Source: Mytilus californianus
Taxonomy: Eukaryota
Assembly: GCF_021869535.1 (NCBI RefSeq)
Contig: NW_026262668.1
Span: forward strand, 16,864,001 to 16,928,000
DNA: 64,000 bases
Direction of reading: 5' to 3'
Part shown: in pieces, positions 60,866 to 64,000 of the stretch
Numbering within the stretch: position 1 is the stretch's first letter
Layout of the letters: every line of letters begins with the position of its first letter
Position numbers and translations under genes: made by a program
Notes under the pieces: model-generated
Database searches by the model: none
What the model was told of the DNA's origin: nothing
Seen by the model: only the letters and a program-made list of their open reading frames with translations

Positions 60866-62180
60866 TGTCGATCCGGCCCCACGTCGATCCGGCCCAAGTC
60901 GATCCGTCCCACGTCGATCCGGCCCAACGTCGATCCGGCCCATATTTAAAGTCGATCCGGCCCAATAAAAAAATATATTTATAAGGAATAAAAATAAAGA
61001 TATATATTAATTGTAATTCATAAATGTTTATGAATTTTATTATAATGTAAAAGGTGTACGGTAAAAAAAAATTGGCCTTTGACAAATATTTTCTTCAGAT
61101 GAGTTTAAAACAACTATGTTGATTATGTTTTCATTACAAGTTTTCAAGATTAATGGATAAAATTATAATAAAAACGTATATAACAGAATTTAGTACAATC
61201 AACAGACATCAACATGCAGTAATTAGCATTTTCTTTCAATTGTCTGTGATCTTAACAAGTCTTTCATCCTGTGTAATAACAAATAGTTACATACACAACG
61301 GTACAAGCCGATCCCCAAGCTGATACATACAAACTTCGTTTTTGTTTTAAGTTCTTAAAACTTCTCAAATGGCATCAAACTCCACTTCTACAAGATGGTT
61401 CCAGACGTTTTTAGATTATGATAGTGTGACATCATATTATAACTTGTTTTTTTTTATCTACACACAACTTTTCAAAATATTGTCAACTTTAAAAAAATAT
61501 ATTGACTATATTCGATATTACAAAAAAACAAACATGTATTATAGAAGCCTCTGATGTTACCTGAAAAAAAATACAACTAATTATTATAACACATAACACC
61601 AAACAAAAGATCAAACTATAAAGACCTTGTTGATTACGTAACTTTAATCAATCAGGATTTGATTGAATTAAGTGATTACGAGAGGCATTACCTAAGTTCA
61701 CAATCATTAGACAATTGTTGAATAAACAAACCAAGACTAATGATTTGATTAAACAAGTCATTATGATGAGTTAAATTTTATAGGTTCCATTGGACTGTAA
61801 AGCTATTCTGTGTGTGAATTAAATAAAATAAAAATCGCCATGACATTCAAAGTTATCATGGAAAATAACTTCATATTAAAATATGTTGAAGCTGCTATAC
61901 AAACAGACACAATCACACTCATTTTCGTATCGATGTAAAATAATTCTTTGACTGGTACTCCAATACTTCACTTACCTGTTGTCATCCATCAACGATACTT
62001 TTTACAAATTCCATTTATACTGTTAAAATTTGTCACAAAATCCTCCAAAGTCAATATAGTTTATTCATATTTTATTATGGGGCCGGATCGACGTAGGGAC
62101 GGATCGACGTGGGCCGGATCGACTTGGGACGGATCGACTTTGGGCCGGATCGACTTGGGGCCGGATCGGTTTGGGGACGG
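60866..62180. mobile_element. Foldback-like element with inverted arrays of GTCGATCCG(G/T)CCC
   Basis: About 6 units at 60866-60963 and 6-7 reverse-complement units at 62079-62180; AT-rich interior. Confidence 0.6.
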
Positions 62181-63625
62181 AATAATAATTTTTTGGTTTC
62201 TTAATCAGTTAAAAAAAATTCCCACCCAGTTATGAATATTTCATGCATATTTTAGATTGATGAAAATTGGTTGTTGGTGTTTAACGCCACTTTGAGCTCA
62301 ATTGGCTAAATCATGGGCAGGAGTTTTCATTGGTGGGGGAAGCTGGAGTACCTGAGTCTAGAAGCACCAACCTTCAGCAGGAAAACTAATATCCTATTGT
62401 TAGTTATGTCCTTTAACGGAAAAGTTTGTCAGTTATGCACGGTTATGGCGTTGTTTACCAGATAGTGGGATAAGCCTGTATCCTTGCAAAATTAAAAATT
62501 GAAACATTTTTAGGGATTCATAATGTATATATATGCTGGATATTATATTCTAGATATAATTTGTGTTCCCTTGGTACATTGTACATGTATGTTATCACAC
62601 TTTCCTAACTACTGAAATGCTGCTTATCAATTAAAAGAATTTGTTATGCCGAATACCAACCCCTATTAGAGGGTTGTAATTGGGGTACCTTCATGACGAT
62701 TAACGGTAAAAAATCTTGCCAAATGACAGTGTTCTCCCCAGAAATTTTGGATAGCATCACATTTGGCGTAAAAAAGATAAACTGTATTTTTTTCAATGTC
62801 ATTGGTCGCATCGCGGTGATGCTCTATTTCCTTTATGTTATAACTGAGAATACAATTAAAATATAACCATGATAACAGTTGTTTCAGTTTCAGTTTTCTA
62901 TATTCATTTATAGTTACTGTACAGAATTATTGTTTTCCTCTTGGGCCATATAAAAATATATGTGTGGTTCTAGCAGAGACATATAATACAATATATGTCT
63001 CTGGTTCTAGTTACCCTACCTACCCAAATAAATGAATGAAAGAATGAATATTTTATTATAGTGCAACCTTTATACATATACAATACTAAATATCAAGTAA
63101 AAAAAGAACTGTTTTTTATATAAAAAGGGAAGAGAAAGTATCATATAGCAATAAACTTTCAATTAAAAAACTTTTTTCAAGTCTAAAAACTCATTGTTTC
63201 ATGGTACTCAATGAATTAGTCCCAGTTGTTTCTTTATATCAAGATGATAGATATTTTTAACAAAGTTATCTAACAAATAGTCTGTTAATGCGTAGTTTTC
63301 TCTTTTGGTATATTTTTTTCTGTCTGCTGTGCCATTTGTGCATCTGTAGTTATTATCGTAAAAATGCGGATTTTTGTCATATCTGGTCCGGTTCCGATCG
63401 GTAGTTTACACAAATTAGTCAATGGCGGCCGAAGAAAAATTAACGAAAATAAACAATGTTTGACAAGAGATTGGGAACGAATGTGACGCTTTTGATGCAT
63501 TAAATGGATGAAACATAAACTTAAGCCAACTTATTTAGCTCTAAACCGATATGTTCGCTCTCGATTAACAAGAAGTACCGGCGGAAGAGAAAGAAAGTAA
63601 TTTTATGAAAGTCAGTCAGGGGTAC

Positions 63626-63793
63626 TACTTGTACAAGTAATTTTTATTTACTTGAAGAAGTAATTATAATATACTTATATAAGTAAATTTGTAGGATACT
63701 TATACAAGTGTATTTTATTTACTTGTATAAGTAAATTATTTTTTGGCCTAGTTATGTCCCTTAGGCGTTCAGATTTTTTTACTTATACAAGTA
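63626..63793. repeat. Array of six 14-bp palindromes TACTT(G/A)TA(C/T)AAGTA
   Basis: Copies at 63626, 63649, 63672, 63697, 63720 and 63780. Confidence 0.85.
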
Positions 63794-63942
63794 AAAAAGT
63801 CATCCTATCTTCTTTTCTTGAATTCTTAGAACTTCTTTGCTCTAACAGAATTTTGAATTGTCTGTCCTTTGCAGATGTCTTTACTATTCATTTAAGTGTA
63901 ATTTCATGGACAATGAAAATCTCATTTGTCTTTTATCTTTAG

Positions 63943-64000
63943 AACACTGCTCATTTACAAGCCCCCAAGGAGCAATTTTTGAAGGCCTTGCGCAAATACT
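63943..64000 (+). other. Possible exon of a further plus-strand gene running off the window
   Basis: Pyrimidine tract plus AG acceptor, open frame NTAHLQAPKEQFLKALRKY; YY1-like AATGGCGGCC at ~63421 suggests a promoter upstream. Confidence 0.3.

Noticed and set aside
63626-63793. CRISPR-like array
   Set aside because: Repeats of 14 bp and spacers of 9-11 bp are too short, the context is eukaryotic, and there are no cas genes

Overview
AT-rich, intron-rich animal genomic DNA. The interspersed repeats look like those of a bivalve, probably Mytilus (inference, not a database hit). Four protein-coding genes were assembled by hand from GT-AG boundaries with consistent phases: (1) DDX39/UAP56 DEAD-box helicase, minus strand, 9 coding exons, CDS 10327->177, 424 aa, with a likely non-coding first exon near 15785; (2) SAPCD2-like gene, plus strand, 6 exons, 20803-32631, 478 aa; (3) a C2H2 zinc-finger gene with an Ikaros/Hunchback-type C-terminal finger pair, plus strand, 47492-49003; (4) a TMEM141-like gene, minus strand, 4 exons, 60508->56528, 120 aa, which the ORF track largely misses. 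The rest is densely packed, often nested transposon DNA: tandem-repeat-bearing Helentron/DINE-like elements, TA-, TAA- and TTAA-type MITEs, two TGT...ACA Ginger-like elements with 4-bp TSDs, tRNA-derived SINEs, and a decayed Penelope-like RT ending without a C-terminal endonuclease (Naiad-like). Best leads: a type I hammerhead ribozyme motif in a 540-bp retrozyme-like repeat inserted in (AT)n just upstream of the zinc-finger exon; two candidate unproductive-splicing elements in DDX39 introns (an in-frame 99-nt cassette that would split helicase motif VI, and a CpG-rich hairpin island behind an acceptor that leads to a stop codon); and a TIR element ending in CACAGTG. No CRISPR array, rRNA or true tRNA gene was found.
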